A DNA stretch of 64,000 nt from contig NC_135805.1 in the NCBI RefSeq assembly GCF_964213995.1, positions 106,950,001-107,014,000 on the forward strand, written 5' to 3'. The translations under genes were made by a program, and so were the position numbers. Positions 62,156 through 64,000 of the stretch are shown piece by piece (the stretch's first letter is position 1; every line of letters starts with the position of its first letter). The notes below the pieces were generated by a model. It did not search any database, had not been told where the DNA came from, and worked only from the letters and a program-made list of their open reading frames with translations. Origin of the DNA: Mustelus asterias. Taxonomy: Eukaryota.

Positions 62156-62739
62156 CCCAGGGAGGGGGTGTCAGATGGGCTGGAGACATCCATGGTCCCC
62201 TGGCTGGAGGACCCTGGGCTGTAACTCCTGCCAATCCTCTTCCTTAAGGAGCAGAAGAGCCTCCGTGCTTTTCCATGGGAAAGAGGAACAGCTGGAGTGA
62301 GACCCAGAAGCCACGCCATCCTCTGGTGTTGACACTTGTGGATTCCCACCAATGCCTGCACCATGCAGTTGAAGCCCTCAGACATGGCAGTCTTGAGCTG
62401 AACCATGGTGTGGACATCTCCTGCCAAGGAGAGCACGTCCTGCGCCAAGGTCTCCACTGAGGATGCCACCCTCGCAGTATTGGCCTGGCTGCGCTGCTGT
62501 GACGGCACCAACTCCACGGAGAGAAGGCGATGGGTTTCCTCCTGTTGGCCTTGCAGCCCATGGAGGGCTGCTGCCATCTCTTCCCAATGCTTGAAACTCT
62601 ACTTTTGCAGCTTCAGCAACTGTGGGATGACTGGGCCCAGGGGCACATCATCAACAAGGGGCTCAGCAGAATCCACTCCATCCAGCAGCCTGGTCAGGAG
62701 TCTCTCTGAAAAGCGAGGTGCGGATTTCCTGGCTGCCAT
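62156..62739 (-). pseudogene. Harbinger ORF2 (Myb/SANT-like DNA-binding partner) relic with the Myb domain mostly deleted
   Basis: ATG at 62739 gives MAARKSAPRFSERLLTRLLDGV (Myb/SANT-like first helix), joined in frame through one TAG to the heptad-rich LSVELVPSQQRSQANTARVASSVETLAQDV... Confidence 0.7.
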
Positions 62740-63420
62740 TGCCTACAGTCGATCTGGGAAGTGCTGGGGAGATGTTTATACGGAGCTCCCCTGTGATTGC
62801 AGTGATTACGTTGTGGTGGGACGGGAGAATCAGAGGGAACATGCCGCAGGTGCAAAGTGATTCTCATGGGCATAAATATTTTTACTAATGCAGCATAAGA
62901 TTCAGTCCGAAATCACACTGGCACCATCGGGGGAATCACTCCATTTTTGACCAACACTCTGCCATTTTTGGGTAAGATTCCGCCTGTAGTCCAATGACCG
63001 ATGCAGCAAATTTTCTGGAACCTCTTCTAAGTATTTATTCAAACCAATTAAAAATCTCTGGCATCCTCTGAATATCTGCCACATGCTTCATCTCAACCAT
63101 TTTACCAAATATACATGGGCTTTGTTGTAATATTTGATTCAACAGAAGTTTCTGTTCCAGAACTATTCCAGAACACTGGTGGTGAAATTGGTTCTATGCA
63201 CTGGTGTCATATGGATGATAATGAAATGGCAGCCCATTTTCCACTCCATGTGACCTTCTTTTCCATTGAAATTATTATTAAGAGAATTGGATCTCAGTTT
63301 TGTATCACCATCCAAGACCAATTCCACCTCCGCTCTCTTTTTAACCCTTCTATTATCAGCAGGCATTCACTCTGTTGGTGTTGTAGCGCAATGGGTAGTG
63401 TCGCTGCCTCTGAGCCTGAA

Positions 63421-63833
63421 GTGGGAGGGTGGTGGGGGGGGTGTTGGGGGTGTATGGGGTGGTTGGGGGTGTGGTGGGGGATGTGTGGGGGTGGTTAGGG
63501 GGTGTGTGGGGGTGTTTGGGGGGAGTGGTGGGGGGGGTTTGGAGTGTGTGTGGGGAGTGTGTGGCGGTGTTGGGGGGTGGTTGGAGTGTGTGTGGGGGGT
63601 TTGGGGGGTGTGTGGGGGGATATGTGGAGTTAGTTGGGGGGTAGGGGGTGGTTGGGGGGGTGGTTGGGGGGTTGGTGTGGTGGGTTTGGAGGGTGTGTGG
63701 GGGTGGTTGGGAGGGTGGTGGGGGGGGTGTTGGGGGTGTGTGGGGGTGTGTGGGGGGATATGTGGGGTTAGTTGGGGGGTAGGGGTGGTTGGGGGGGGTG
63801 GTTGGCGGGTTGGTGTGGGGGTGTTGGTGGTGG
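63421..63833. repeat. G/T-rich low-complexity tandem tract
   Basis: Nearly all G and T, with dense G4-G8 runs and an internal higher-order duplication (~63603 vs ~63743). Confidence 0.95.
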
Positions 63834-64000
63834 GAAGCAGTTCCTCGGTTCAATCCGGCCATTAAGCCCAGTTTAAATAGCAAACTCCAGGAGCAACACT
63901 AAGTGCTGGGGGCTCTGTAACGGAAGGAGTGATTAGGCCTGCAGCTCAGGAATGGGGGAGATCGAGAGAATGGAGCAGTGCTGGAAAGAACAGCTTCCTG

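Larger units (their letters stand above)
58513..62985. mobile_element. Decayed PIF/Harbinger DNA transposon with two convergent genes
   Basis: Transposase on +, ORF2 relic on -. Degenerate termini GAGGGTGATTTT / AAGATTCCGCCT; ends approximate. Confidence 0.75.

Noticed and set aside
63266-63883. Gly/Val-rich and Pro/Thr/His-rich ORFs
   Set aside because: These are translations of a low-complexity G/T tract.

Overview
Repeat-dense vertebrate genomic DNA, almost certainly from a shark or other elasmobranch, inferred from HE1-type V-SINEs, CR1/HER1-type LINEs and Deu-domain SINEs. No host protein-coding gene could be confidently identified, so the window looks intronic or intergenic. Main contents: (1) a complete, young 4.7-kb Ty3/Gypsy (Mag-like) LTR retrotransposon on the minus strand (2447-7152; 296-bp LTRs, 5-bp TSD GCCTG; one gag-pol frame broken only by two TGA codons), plus a related solo LTR; (2) many Penelope-like element (PLE) insertions of two families, including GIY-YIG endonuclease fragments and short palindromic pLTR insertions with roughly 11-16-bp TSDs, several carrying minimal hammerhead-ribozyme motifs with cross-copy covariation; (3) a decayed PIF/Harbinger transposon and many Harbinger-type MITEs; (4) CR1 LINE fragments, including a deep nest; (5) at least four SINE types; (6) older Gypsy relics. 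Most striking: the Gypsy element has no tRNA primer-binding site. The PBS position is instead a perfect 15-nt complement of its own LTR poly(A)-signal region, suggesting self-priming and/or poly(A) occlusion with a geometry different from Tf1/sushi. Boundaries of degenerate repeats are approximate, and all alignments were done by eye.
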